From assembly GCA_010093815.1 (NCBI GenBank), contig ML996581.1: DNA of 64,000 nt, one strand, 5' to 3'. Under the pieces are notes generated by a model, which was not told the DNA's origin, did no database searches, and saw only the letters and a list, made by a program, of their open reading frames with translations. A program made the translations under genes and the position numbers. This DNA comes from Pseudovirgaria hyperparasitica. Its lineage: Eukaryota. Within the stretch, counting starts at the first letter, position 1. Every line of letters begins with the position of its first letter. This document shows, piece by piece, positions 11,694-23,774 of this stretch.

Positions 11694-13674
11694 TCATCTT
11701 AAGTCTCCCAAGAAAGATTCCCAATCAATGTAGCATAGCATTTCCAGATCTTCCGACGATATTGGCTGGACACTGGCGTTATCGAATATACCATCTTCCA
11801 GCTTCGTGAGATCGCCATGAGAGTATCGCTGCTCTGTTATCGTGCTTTGCAATTCCTTGTTGGCTGTCGGGGACGCCGTGGTCTCAGCGTGTGATTCCTG
11901 AGCGTTTGATGCATCTCTGACCACTCTAGCCTTGCGCATGAGCTTCTTCATTGCATCCCAAAGGATTTCGTCTTGATCAGAGGCCCCTAACAGATCAAAA
12001 CTTCTCTCAGCAACGTCCCAAGCTCGTTCGATTCCAGAGTTAGTCCTAGGTTGGCAGAGCTCGGCAAGGAGAACGGCCAGAGCGTACCATTTTGGCCACG
12101 CAAACCACGCCCATGGCTTAAAACGCGCATCGTCAGCTTTTAGAAGATTACTTTCAAGTATGAGCCTGGCCACTTCCAAAATGTCAAAATCATCATCAGG
12201 GGGAGGCACCATCCCCTTGATACGATGCATTGGACGACGAGCGATGAGTTGTAAGGTTATGCTCATGCCGGCGCAGGCATTCTTGGTAAGCAATTGAAAT
12301 GCATGATTGGGGTCGCAAAATTGAGAACACTTTTCTGTGAGGGCGGCAGCGCATTCTCCTGGTATGGCAGACCGATACTGCCAGTCTCGTTGAACGACAG
12401 GCCGTCCATCGACATCTTTGGGTACGTGCAGAACCTTTCGCATATGAATGAGCATCTCGTAGGTTGCGCAGCAGTACGTCATATCGCTGAAGGAACGTCT
12501 CGGCTCAGGTGGTATGTGGTCCTGCGGAGAAATATCCCAATCGTTGATGTGCAACGGTGGCGATATGAAAAGTGCTCCGCCGCCGAGAGCCGAGTGTAAC
12601 CCAAGTCCGAAAGCAGCTCGAAGGTCCAAAATTCCTATAGAGTACCATAATCGACGTCTCATTTCATTCTCGTAAGGCATACGATGAGCATCGCCTTCGT
12701 CCGTATCCAAAGCGAGTGCTTGTCCGATTCGCACTGCGATTGCGAGAAGAGAGTGTGCTTTTCTTAATCCACACTCGATCTGGTATCCCACCTGATATAG
12801 GTCAGTGCTTTCATTTCTACATACAGAGAGGGAGACTCACAAGATAAATGATGTACGCTTGTAAAACCATGAGGTCGGTTGTGGCAAGCAGTCCAGCCCG
12901 GGAGAGGTATACCTCGGTCGCCAGACGGTATCGCCTACGGAGTACTAACTTGTCCTCCTTGAACCATACAAAACATTCTTCGTCATCGATACTACTCACA
13001 CTGGTGTACATCACAGCGAAAGCCAATGCCTCACTACGTGGTGATGTTGTGCCTTTTGACGCATGAGGATTGAGCACAACATTGTATATTTCGTCTCGGT
13101 GAGTAGGTTTGAAAATGGGGTGAACACGATGATAATAGATGTCGAGCAAGGCTGAGGCCATATCTACAAGCGGTCGATTTAAGATATCTGGCTGAACAAA
13201 ACACGATGTGTCTCCGTAAAGTAATAAATCAAAACTATGCTGCTGATATAAATCCGGCGCGTTCTGGACTGGATCATCAGGTTCATCGACCGTGAGATCA
13301 TGGAGTATATCCTTGATCCCGGCGATTTCGGCTTTGGCATCGATCACGGACTGTGCACGCTCGGTGCTGGCTGTGTCATCACTGTCTGAAGGCGGCGTTG
13401 GGTGTGACTGGTGAGTAATGTCTTTTTGGTCCATGAGCAGCTTCTCGAGTCTCGCAACTCGTTGTCGCAAGTCCTTTCCGTCTCGCTGAAGGGCATGTCG
13501 ACCTCTAGGAAGTCGAGTACGTGAAACAGGGGTACACTGTGTGCCAGATCGGACGCATGTTTGGCATGGGGTCATCTTGTCGCATTTTCTTTTGCGCTGT
13601 TGGCACTGGAGACAGGTAAGCTGGACCTCTGGTTTCTCAGCAACGCTTGAAGCTTCATAATGTCCAACGAGCAT
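11694..13674 (-). CDS. Zn(II)2Cys6 transcription factor with fungal-specific TF (middle homology) domain, 2 exons
   Basis: CLQCQQRKRKCDKMTPCQTCVRSGTQC binuclear cluster; LRQRVARLEKLL coiled coil; EMRRRLWYSI; intron 12792-12840. Confidence 0.93.
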
Positions 13675-13814
13675 GGCGACCAGATGATAATGTAGCACGA
13701 CGCTTGATTGAAGGGAGTGCAATATATGATGTATGATAGATGGGACCATAATCAACAATGAGAGTTCGGAGGAAATGATACTGAAGAAGCGTGAGTGAAA
13801 TCATGACGTATTCC

Positions 13815-13914
13815 TGCCTCAGGCAAAACCGCTAAAATAGTACGCGCTAACGGTCCTTGTTGGAACAAACAAACATCTTTTCCAACTCAGTCGCTCAGAT
13901 TACTACCTCAGGTA
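13815..13914. promoter_or_regulatory. Two related 11-bp palindromes TGCCTCAGGCA (13815-13825) and TACCTCAGGTA (13904-13914)
   Basis: Read directly in the divergent intergenic region upstream of the Zn2Cys6 gene. Confidence 0.35.
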
Positions 13915-14763
13915 AATAAGCAAAGAAGAAACGAGATTGCGGACTCTCTTAGCGTGATATGCTAACACTAACTTCGTCTCCAGCTGACAAACACTGCTTA
14001 CATGTAGGGTCCGTGTACCCTCTATGTAGACTTGGCAACGACGACGACAACATAGAGGCTGAATCGAACCCGTACGTTGTACTTACTTCTTGATACGCGG
14101 TTTCCGACAACGACATCACCAACGTCGACATGCGTTCGCACTGCGGCAAATCGACTCCATAGCTCAGTGTGAGTTGGTGAGGATGTTTTCTCTCCAGATC
14201 GGCCTATTGAGACCAAGATAAACCTATAGTATGGAACAGAGGCTGTGCGGCTGTGAATTCGAACAGTCTAGCTCATGCTGACCTTGTATCGGCTGGCTGT
14301 CAGTGATAATGAACGACGCCCCTTCGACGGTCGCGCTCCTCTAGTCAGATGCAATGGCGACAAGTGAGGCACAAGTAGGTCAGCGGATGCCTCCGCTATA
14401 CCGTATAGGGGACGACAAAAATAACAGGCCCTAAACATCGTGGTCTAAGTAGATGACTTAATGTCTGAGGCGCACTTACAAAGACTCATGGCTATTGATC
14501 ATTTCAAGCCATGGATGCCTATCATACAAAGTCAAAGCCCTATATGCTTTGTAGAGTTGCCGATAGCCGAAGTGCATCACATATTCAGCTCTTGCCACAT
14601 CAGCCTATGCTTCAAGAGTGGCGGATCTAGGCTCATTTGAGTGAAATATCACCACAGTGGAAACCACTATAAAGACCATCGCTCCGTGGTCGATATCAGA
14701 GGTTCTTCATCCGAGCAGTCTTTGGATTTGACTTTCCGTGCATACGCTTTTCTAGTCAAAAAG

Positions 14764-15713
14764 ATGGCTCAAGCCCTATTTTCTATCATTGCTCTAGCAG
14801 CTGTAAGTGCAGCAGCAGCAGTTCAATCACCTGTCGATGCCCATGATATCCTCGAACGAGCAGTAAACCCTAAGACAGTAAACACTCTGTCAGCTGCTCA
14901 ACTGCAAGCCCAGCGACAGGGCTTGATTCTGGCTGGTTCTGAACAGAACCGCCTCAATCTTCTGTTCCCCAATGCCCCTGATGCAACCAACAATACATAT
15001 CAGGTATGATTGATCGCATATATTGCTTTTATGAACTAACAGGAGGTGACAGTTCATAAACAATACTGTCAAAGCCCCGACCGGCGGTACTGTTTTTCTT
15101 GGAACTGTCGAAAGTTTTCCTGCGCTTTATAGCACTGACGTTTCCATTGGCATCGGGTTTGTCAATCCTTGTGGCCTTAATACCCCGTAAGTCTCCAAAT
15201 GAAAGTACCTTTTACCACCATTCTCAAGTCTATATTTTCAGGCACATACATCCTCGCGCGAACGAGTTCCTCGTTGTCACTCAAGGCACTCTCATTGCGG
15301 GCCTAGAGCTCGAACAAGATAATGGCTACGGCAACGTCGTTGGCGGTGAGCCAAACGTGCTAGGTCCCATTCCTCAGGTCAATGCCACTCTCACGAACTA
15401 CACTGGCTTTCTGTTTCCCAAAGGCCTCACTCACTGGCAATTCAACCCCAACTGCGAGCCTGCGGTCTTTGTTGCTGCGTTTGATAGCTCTGATCCGGGT
15501 CGTGCAGAAGTTGCGCGATCTTTCTTTTCTGTTTATCCTTCAGAAGTGGACCTCTCCGCCACTGGCTATCAGACAAACTACCTCAGCTCTGCTGACGTCG
15601 ACCAACTTCGAGCGACTGCCAATAACCAGGCCGTGTCTGTTGTGCAGTCTTGTGCTAAAAGATGTGGAATTCCATTTCAGAAACGGGATCTGCATGAGTT
15701 CTTGTTTGTGTGA
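14764..15713 (+). CDS. Secreted germin/spherulin-1-like cupin protein, 3 exons
   Basis: Signal peptide MAQALFSIIALAAVSAAA; spliced PCGLNTP|HIHPRANEF germin box and FPKGLTHWQFN second motif; introns about 15004-15051 and 15187-15241. Confidence 0.88.
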
Positions 15714-15887
15714 GCTTATAGACACGACGACATCAGGCCTTCGGCACTCTAGTCTTTACCATTGTGAACACAATATCTACTTTTTTGCTTTGTCCTATCT
15801 CTTGTTAGTTCTCTCGTCGCGTTTTAGATATCATCCTGAGATGCAGGTACATACACTAGCTTTTTTAGGTAATTATGTCTTAGTCCT

Positions 15888-16820
15888 TTAGATACTAGAA
15901 TGCTCCTTTAGGAACCCCTCCATCGTCTTAGGCCGGACATTGAACTGGTCATTTTGTAGACTCGTCAGATTCCATATTCCCTTCACACAGAAGAGATGAA
16001 ACCACAGTCGATGCCAATCCCAGAATCCTCTTCTCCCACCAATTTCCTTCTTCTTTTCCGCCAATGCTTCCAACTCCGCCACAGACCCCTTCTTCCTCAC
16101 GACGACCTCGATATTCCTGACCTTCTGATACCTCTCCACCAACTCATTCAAACTTGAGACCCAAGAACACACGCTCACAAACCCGCCTTCCTCTGCCCTC
16201 GGCCCTGTAACAACCTCCACTCCCCACTTCCCTGCATCCTCCTCTGTGGTGAAAAACCAATCCTCGTCCCCTGTGCCCCAAACATTCATGACCCTCCTCC
16301 CATCCTCCCAACCAATTACACCCCCTTCGAACTCCGTCGTGAATCCCGTCTGTCCCTCCGTGCCAAAGAACACCTCTGCCAGCATCCCGCTCAGAATATA
16401 CAGCGGCCGAATCGACGAGGTAATCTCCGCACACTTGTGGAACGCAATCGCCGCATCATATACTGGCTCGTCCTCGCCGAAGCGGATCTTGCGCCAGTCG
16501 TAGTTCCAGCTAGCAGTAAGGAAGCGCGTCACGCCGGCGCGTTCGGCAGCGCGCAGGAGCAGCAGTTGGCCGTCAAGGTGCAACTCCGGCATGCCGGCGT
16601 AGGCGCAGATGATAGCGTCGACGCCAGCAACAGCTGTCTCGAGGGCTGCAATGTCGTGGTAGCTGGTGCTGGTGACGAAGGACTCGAGTTGAGAGTGGAT
16701 CGTTGGGGAAAGTTTGGCGGGCGAACGTGATAGGCCACGGATGCGGTGGCCTTGGGCAAGACCGTATGAGGCGGCGTGCTGGCCGATGTTGCCTGTGATG
16801 CCGGCGATGAGGATTAACAT
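15888..16820 (-). CDS. NmrA-like atypical SDR
   Basis: MLILIAGITGNIG Rossmann motif; LDGQLLLLRAAERAGVTRF; VWGTGDEDWFFTTEEDA; single exon. Confidence 0.9.
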   Translation of the reverse strand: MLILIAGITGNIGQHAASYGLAQGHRIRGLSRSPAKLSPTIHSQLESFVTSTSYHDIAALETAVAGVDAIICAYAGMPELHLDGQLLLLRAAERAGVTRFLTASWNYDWRKIRFGEDEPVYDAAIAFHKCAEITSSIRPLYILSGMLAEVFFGTEGQTGFTTEFEGGVIGWEDGRRVMNVWGTGDEDWFFTTEEDAGKWGVEVVTGPRAEEGGFVSVCSWVSSLNELVERYQKVRNIEVVVRKKGSVAELEALAEKKKEIGGRRGFWDWHRLWFHLFCVKGIWNLTSLQNDQFNVRPKTMEGFLKEHSSI

Positions 16821-17281
16821 GGTGGGTGAATCCGTGTGAATAGGATCGAATGGGATGATGACTTGGACTTGGATGTCTAGACGTCCCCTTTATATGCCTG
16901 GACTTTTAAGGAGCCTATCTCCAAAAATACATGTTACCTTGTCGCTAGTGGTTTTTGAAAGATGAGGGAATATGAATCATCGAGCTAAAGGTCGCCCCCA
17001 ATGAAGTTTAAGAGTGATCGGTATGCCTAAAGTAGTTAGCGTATGTCTGAAAATCCCCGGCGGACTTGATGTCATCTCTCAATTGTGGCAGTGGTCATCA
17101 AATACAAGATTAGGATAATGACATGTGGAGTTAGCGCATGTCAACATACCGGACTGTTGTGAACATATAGTGGCACCTATATCATACAATTTGAGCCCTC
17201 GTGAGTCCTGCCCAGATGCCAGTTATAGTGAACCATTGATGCCCAGACTGCTTGAAAGTATAACAGTGTTCATCCGCTGTT

Positions 17282-18354
17282 CTACTCCGGTTCTTGGTCC
17301 TTGTGTTTCTCCTTCAAGCCTGCAACATCAATACCGCACAGCTCTGCTTTCTTAACAATAGATTTGGCCTTGCCAACCACCGGGACATCGATCATCTTAC
17401 CATCCAAAGTCCAAGCACCCCTACCTTGCGCATCAGCCTTTTGATCTGCGATCAGTATCCGTACCGCCCATTCAACCTCCTTCTCCCCAGGCGAGAATGC
17501 CCTCTGAGCTGTCTCTACCTGACCCGGATGAATCAATTGCTTGCCATTGAAGCCCATTCCCTTTCCACCCAGGCATTCCTCCTCGAGCGTTCTGAGGCCC
17601 TCTTCGCCCTTGAAGCTGGTGCATACCAGGTCAATCGTGCTAGGTAGACTATGCGCTCGAGCAGCCGTGACAATTGCACTACGGGCATAGAGAAACTCCG
17701 AGAGTGATGGTGTGCGTGTGATTGACAGATCAGTCGCGAAGTCTTCAGCCGCAAAAACGAGACCAGAGAGATAGGGGCTAGCTTTACAGATAGAGTCGAG
17801 GTCCATGACGGCTTTTGCAGATTCGATCAGGGCGACTATGGATAGAGGCGGCTTGTCAGATTTGGCCGATATGTTACTTGATGAGGGATGTCGTGAGGGG
17901 AGGGTATGCCGTAGTACATCGGTGACAAAGTGTAGGTCTGCTGCAGAGTTTACCTTGGGTACGACGATGGCATCAATATTTGGGGCTTTGAGCTGGGTTT
18001 GTGTTAGCCGCTACTCGGTCCAGTGATTTTAACGGCTAGAACACACCACTTCCTGTAGATCATCCAACGCGAGACCTGTATCAACAGCATTGATGCGAAC
18101 AGCTTGCTCCCGGATGCCCTGAGCACGGGGCTGCTCCATCAATTGACGGAGATTGCTACGCGCTTCAGCTTTCTTGCCTGGAGTGACAGAGTCTTCGAGG
18201 TCGTAAGCTATACAGTCGACATTTAAGCCTCTTGACTTGTCTAACATCTTTCTAGAAGATCCAGGGACTTTATCTCCATTAGCTGTTGTACTAGCAACGT
18301 CATTTAAGGAAAGCTACCGTATAGAAATGCCCGGCGAATGATTGGTGCTGCCAT
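17282..18354 (-). CDS. Citrate lyase beta-subunit-like protein (CitE/CLYBL, HpcH/HpaI family), 3 exons
   Basis: RRAFLY|VPGSS, YDLEDSVTPGKK, AVRIN, IVVPKVNSA, LIESA, FAAEDF, GFNGKQLIHP, GKMIDVP. Confidence 0.93.
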
Positions 18355-18642
18355 CTTGATCAAATGTCTCTGGGTGGTGATCTCGATTGTCTACATAGGT
18401 CTAATTGGAGAATATCCCGTATCAAGGAGATAGTTCTTGTGAGTGAGAAGGGCGAGCTCGGTTATTGTTGCCCGAGGTTAGTGTGTTTGGTTCCGTCACA
18501 AAAGCCTGCTCCTTTAAAGCTCCTTATCATTTATATCCTAGTAAGTATTAGCTCCCTTTCTAACGTCTCTCAAGCATCGTGTTCTTAGCACTGCTAAGAG
18601 CTTCGTAGTGCCGACTTCAACAAGACCTTCATCGCCTCGAGA

Positions 18643-19351
18643 ATGGAGAACCCACAGCCCGAAGGCATTCTCAGCTGGCGTCTCAGCAGCCATCCTATCA
18701 CGCTGCTATGCTTCCTCGGCTTCAGAATCTGTGCGCCACTTACACCCCAACTCGCACGTCGTACTAACAAAGCATAGCATCTCTCCTCGTCTACCTCCTC
18801 GGCGGCCTCTTCACTGGCAATTATGTCCTCATCTTCATAATTACGATCATACTCCTCGCCATGGACTTCTACTACAGCAAGAACATCGCCGGACGCCGGC
18901 TCGTTGGCCTGAGATGGTGGAATGAAGTTGACACGTCCTCGGGTGATTCATCATGGGTCTTCGAATCCGCAGATCCTAGTACACGAGTCATAAATGCGAC
19001 GGATAGGCGGTTCTTCTGGCTTGCGTTGTACGCACAGCCGTTCCTGTGGGTGGTGCTGGCGTTTGTAGCCATTGTGTACTTGGAACCTATTTGGTTAACG
19101 CTTGTTGGTGAGTGACATACCTGAAGTGCCGTGCGAGAATGCGCCGAGACAGGATCGGGCTGTTGCATTGCTACACAGCCAGCTTACAAGATACAGTTAT
19201 CGCGCTGGTGCTAACGATCACGAACACTTTGGCATTTTCGCGATGCGACAAGTTCAGCCAGGCCACCAATTATGCATCTAGTGCGTTGTACTCCGGTGGT
19301 CTAGCAAGAAATATCGCAGGTGGAATGGTCAGTCGGTTCTTTACGCGATGA
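18643..19351 (+). CDS. TVP23: Golgi membrane protein Tvp23, 3 exons
   Basis: [51 protein letters not shown]. Confidence 0.93.
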
Positions 19352-19575
19352 GAATGGATATGGCGTCAAGCGAAGCTGAGTGACATAGCGTTTCGGTATG
19401 GCATGAGTGAAGAATAAATGTACCAGTGGGAATGAATTGTATTATACGACATGGTCGTCCGTCCCATGATTCTTTACTTGGAAACATCCCCTACCATCCT
19501 TCCCATTATATGGACCACCTTATGGTGTTACCCATCGATGATAAAACAGATCCGTCGTAAACACTGGACGATGCA

Positions 19576-20545
19576 TTAGATCTCGCGCTTCTTCATGCCC
19601 TAAATGGCCGCAATTCAGACCAGCACAAGAATATCAGCTTTTCGTATCATGTCCACTGCAGCACGTCTCAATCGTTCCAACAACGGTCTCGTTTCAAACC
19701 TAGTCAACGCCTCCCTTGTCGAGTTCAGATGCGCGAACACCCCGTTAGGCAGGAGCACTTCCAAAATCCCACACAACGACTCCCAGCTCAAGGGAGGATC
19801 AAACACCAACACTTCTCTAATCACTCTCTGCGGCGTCCCCCCCAACTCATTAGCCGAATTCTCGTCTTGAGAGCGCACAACCTCACGCTGCCCGACACCT
19901 GATGACCGGCCTTTCACACCTACCAGAACGATCATGTCGCGCTGCAAAGCAATATACGACCGCCTGAACACGGCATCGAACGGCCAAAAAAACTAAATAC
20001 GCGCTTCGCCCCGTCAGGATCTCCAGGATGAAGCCGCGTGAAGGAAGACATAGAGCCAGGTGTCGGGCGAACTCCGCTGCGTGAGGACGATGTTGGCGAT
20101 TCGGGTATGCAGCGAACAGCTCTTCGGTAAAGAGGCAGCAGGGGTCGTCGCTTAGGGTCTATGCAGTCAAGTCGTATAATGCACGAATGGTCAAGTCGTA
20201 TGCCATGCTCGGTGCAGGATGTACGTGGTGGGTTTCTAAAGGAGCGTCTCGAGAGGCGTGCAGATGGCCTGCTGCGTTGTAGCGTACTCATACATGATCC
20301 GGGCCGGCTCCGACCAGCACTAGAAGTGCTCACTGTTCTTGTTCTTCAATGTTGCGTTGAAGTGGTGTGGGCAACGCATGCATAGTACTCGGAAGACTAT
20401 ACAGACTGCGTCTACGTATCGGGCCAAGGGCTTCCAGAGATACATAAACGTTATTCCTGTTCCCTGGTGACTGAGAACAAGGATATTCATTGGAGTTGGT
20501 CTTGGCAACATAGGGGTCTGCGAAAGTTAAAATTCCGTTTTTCAT
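19576..20545 (-). pseudogene. Pseudogene of a fungal P-loop sulfotransferase-like protein (Sulfotransfer_4-type)
   Basis: Colinear fragments in shifting frames: PMNILVLSHQGTG, VYVSLEALG, HHFNATLKNKNSEHF*CW, SDDPCCLFTEELFAAYP, IVLTQRSSPDTW, LVFDPPLSWESLCGILEVLLPNGVFAHLNST; frameshifts and stops. Confidence 0.72.
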
Positions 20546-21319
20546 AGTAAAACTGCTCAGGTATTCTGTCTAGGGATACTGTTCTATACGATCAATGGAA
20601 GCAAACGAGGCTGCATGAAGGTTGGATAGTGGACCTTTAGTAGAGCTTGAGGAAGTAGGTGTGACAAGAACACTTCCAGCTGTATCTGATTAGATTAGGA
20701 TCGAATGTTCTACTATCCTAGATTAGAATGTAAATTGGGGCGTTGAATAGAGAGTAATGGTATTATACAGCATTCGATCATGGTAAGACGTCGAGCAGTG
20801 TCAATCATTACTAGACAGACCACTTAATCCATAAGCTCACAAGCCCACAAGCAACACGAGGATTACTGAGGCCAGCTCCTTTGCTCATCCCTATGCAGTG
20901 CAACACGTCCTTGTCTCTGACATCAAGTCAGGAAGTTCCTTCTTGCTTGGAAGACTATCCCATACATTTGTTCCTCTAACACTAGCCCATACACACTAGT
21001 AGATGTGCTCTTGTAAGTTGGACGGCTATACGGCTCTTATAGCCCTGTGCTGTGCTCCGTGTAAGTGGATCGTCACAATCTGCCAAGCGATTAGTCCGCA
21101 TCTTGATGCATTGTCTACCACGCAATATGCAAGGTCGTTGCCGACGACGCAACATGCATTGTCATTGTCCGCGACATACAATGCATTGCGCTAGGATAAT
21201 GAGTGGCATAGAGACACGTAATGCCAAATAAAAAGGCGTGCATCGACCCTTTCTATCCTTAAAGGGACTCTTCATATTTGTCAATCAGCTGAAAGTTCCC
21301 TATCTTCATACTAGACACA

Positions 21320-22384
21320 ATGGTTACGTCTATGGGCACTCCGTCAGTAGGCGCAGACGATGAATGGTCGCCTCTTAGGTCGGTTATTGTTGGACGTGCC
21401 GGGCGAGCGTGCTTCCCGGCTGCTCCATTGCCGATGATAGATGCGACAATGCCTCGAGATCATATCCACCGCTTCCAGCCACAATCACTCTTTCCTCCCG
21501 ATATAATCGAAAAGGCCGAGGTCGAACTCGATTGCTTAGCCGATATCTTGCAGGATGCCGGCATTCGAGTTTACCGGCCTCCTGAAGACATCGATTGGTT
21601 GGCCAGTGGTGGATATACGGGCGCCATGCCTCGAGATGGCTTGATCACCATCGGTAATACGGTTATTGAAGCCTGCTTCGCCTGGCCATGTCGAGCAAGA
21701 GAGGTCGAGATGGCGTACGGGGGCATCCTCGAGCAGCTGACTGAGGAGGACAAGGGCGCTCAGGTCGTTCGACGAACAGCAGACACTCTTGCAGACACTC
21801 TACTCGACGATCTGAACACTAGAACACAGGGGCAGTGGATCATCAACAATAGCCGTCCTGCCTTCGACGCTGCAGATTTCATGCGCTTTGGAAAGGTCAT
21901 CCTGGGTCAATTGAGCCATGTCACAAACCAAGCAGGAGTAGACTATCTGCAGAAGCACATACCGTCAGGATACAGCATAGAGATATTAGCTGTAGACGAC
22001 CCGAATGCAATGCATATCGATGCCACGATATTACCATTGCGCGAAGGGCTCCTAGTGTATAACCCGAAGAAAGTTACGGAGTCTGCCTTGCGCGCCCATA
22101 AGGTCCTCGCAAACTGGGAGTTGGTTCCGTTTCCCTTCGTTCCACAAGAGCCCGAGGCGCCTCCTCTATTCATGACCAGTCCTTGGCTTGCACTCAATGC
22201 TCTTGTATTGGATGGACGTCGCATCATAGTAGAAGCCAGCGATGAACAGACGATAGACTTCTATTCAAGCCTGGGGATGACCTGTATTCCATGCCCTTTC
22301 AAACATGTAAATAGCATTGGTGGATCCTTCCATTGCGCCACGGTTGATTTGGTGAGGGGCATATATGCTACATTTGTAGGATGA
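21320..22384 (+). CDS. Amidinotransferase (L-arginine:glycine amidinotransferase-like), intronless
   Basis: EWSPLRSVIVGR, GAMPRD, FDAADF (catalytic Asp), DPNAMHIDAT (His), GGSFHC (Cys nucleophile). Confidence 0.93.
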   Translation: MVTSMGTPSVGADDEWSPLRSVIVGRAGRACFPAAPLPMIDATMPRDHIHRFQPQSLFPPDIIEKAEVELDCLADILQDAGIRVYRPPEDIDWLASGGYTGAMPRDGLITIGNTVIEACFAWPCRAREVEMAYGGILEQLTEEDKGAQVVRRTADTLADTLLDDLNTRTQGQWIINNSRPAFDAADFMRFGKVILGQLSHVTNQAGVDYLQKHIPSGYSIEILAVDDPNAMHIDATILPLREGLLVYNPKKVTESALRAHKVLANWELVPFPFVPQEPEAPPLFMTSPWLALNALVLDGRRIIVEASDEQTIDFYSSLGMTCIPCPFKHVNSIGGSFHCATVDLVRGIYATFVG

Positions 22385-22657
22385 ACAAAAACTTTTTTGT
22401 AGTAAACAAAAGTCATTCTCATCTGGAAAACACTCTAAATCCGGCTAGCTGTGAACCCTCGTTCCTTCCCCCTACCCCGTTCCCGTTAGCCCCACCATGA
22501 CGTCGATCCGACGCAGACAACGAAATGAATAAGTTAATATAGTATAGGTACAGTCATCACGCGTCAACATCAAAAGGCAGTTCGAATAAAGATTATTCTG
22601 CAAATACATGCTCCCAGCTACAGTCAATTGACGTAAATCCAACAGAACATTCAGATC

Positions 22658-23774
22658 ATGGCGAACGCAAGCAGAAAAGAAATCCTGGGCAAAGTCTATA
22701 AGATGATCCCACCTATGCTTGAGAGCTTCCATAAAGGTACTTCGCTGCCTGTGACTCACTTCAAAGATCATGTACTCACTTTGTTGTTTGCACAGGCCAA
22801 CTAGGCCGCGTCGCTGTCATCGGCGGCAGCGAGGACTACACCGGCGCACCATACTTCTCCGCCATGGCCTCCGCAAAGCTCGGCTGCGACATGGTAAATC
22901 CATCCATCCCTTAGCGACCGCAATTACACAAGATCAGATCCTACTAGACCTCCCATGCTAACAACAGTCCCAGTCACACGTCATATGCGAGCCAGCCTCG
23001 GGCGCCGTCATCAAAAGCTACTCCCCAAACCTCATGGTGCACCCCTACATGCGCCAGTCGAAAAACGCATCATCCACCGAAACCCTCGACACGGTCGCCT
23101 CGAGCATAACCGCCATGCTACCACGCCTGCATGTGCTTGTTATAGGCCCAGGCCTGGGCCGCGACGCGCTGATGCAAGACACATGCGCGCGCGTCATCGA
23201 AGCAGCGCGGGCGGCGTCGATTCCGTTTGTGTTGGACGCCGACGGACTAATGCTAGCGACGGAGCGGCCGGAGCTGGTGCATGGGTACAAGGACTGTATC
23301 CTGACGCCGAACGTGGTGGAGTTTGGGCGGCTAGCGAAGAAGATGGGTGTGGATATGAAGGGTGATCCGACGACGCTGTGTGCGGCGCTGGCGAAGGCGT
23401 ATGGCGGCGTGACGATCATTCAGAAGGGGGCTGTGGATACGATATCGAACGGTGAGCATACGTTGGTGTCGGATGGCGAGGGTGGGGCGAAGAGGAGTGG
23501 GGGACAGGGTGATACTTTGACAGGGAGTCTTGCGACGTTACTTGCATACCGGAGTGCTTATCATGAAGGACTGTGGGACAATGGTGGAGAGATGGAGAGA
23601 TTGGAGACGTTGGCGCTGGCGGCGTACGGGGGAAGCGCGATTACGCGGGAGTGCTCGCGGCTGGCTTTCAAAGAGAAGGGGAGAAGTCTACAGGCTGGAG
23701 ACTTGACGGAGCATGTTCATCAAGCGTTTTTGAACGTGGTGGGCGAGCCAGGGACCTGTACTGAGAAGTTGTGA
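22658..23774 (+). CDS. NNR2: ATP-dependent NAD(P)HX dehydratase (YjeF-C/Carkd), 3 exons
   Basis: [71 protein letters not shown]. Confidence 0.93.

Noticed and set aside
23763..23774. C-terminal EKL of Nnr2 as a peroxisomal PTS1
   Set aside because: Non-canonical tripeptide; cannot be supported from the sequence alone.
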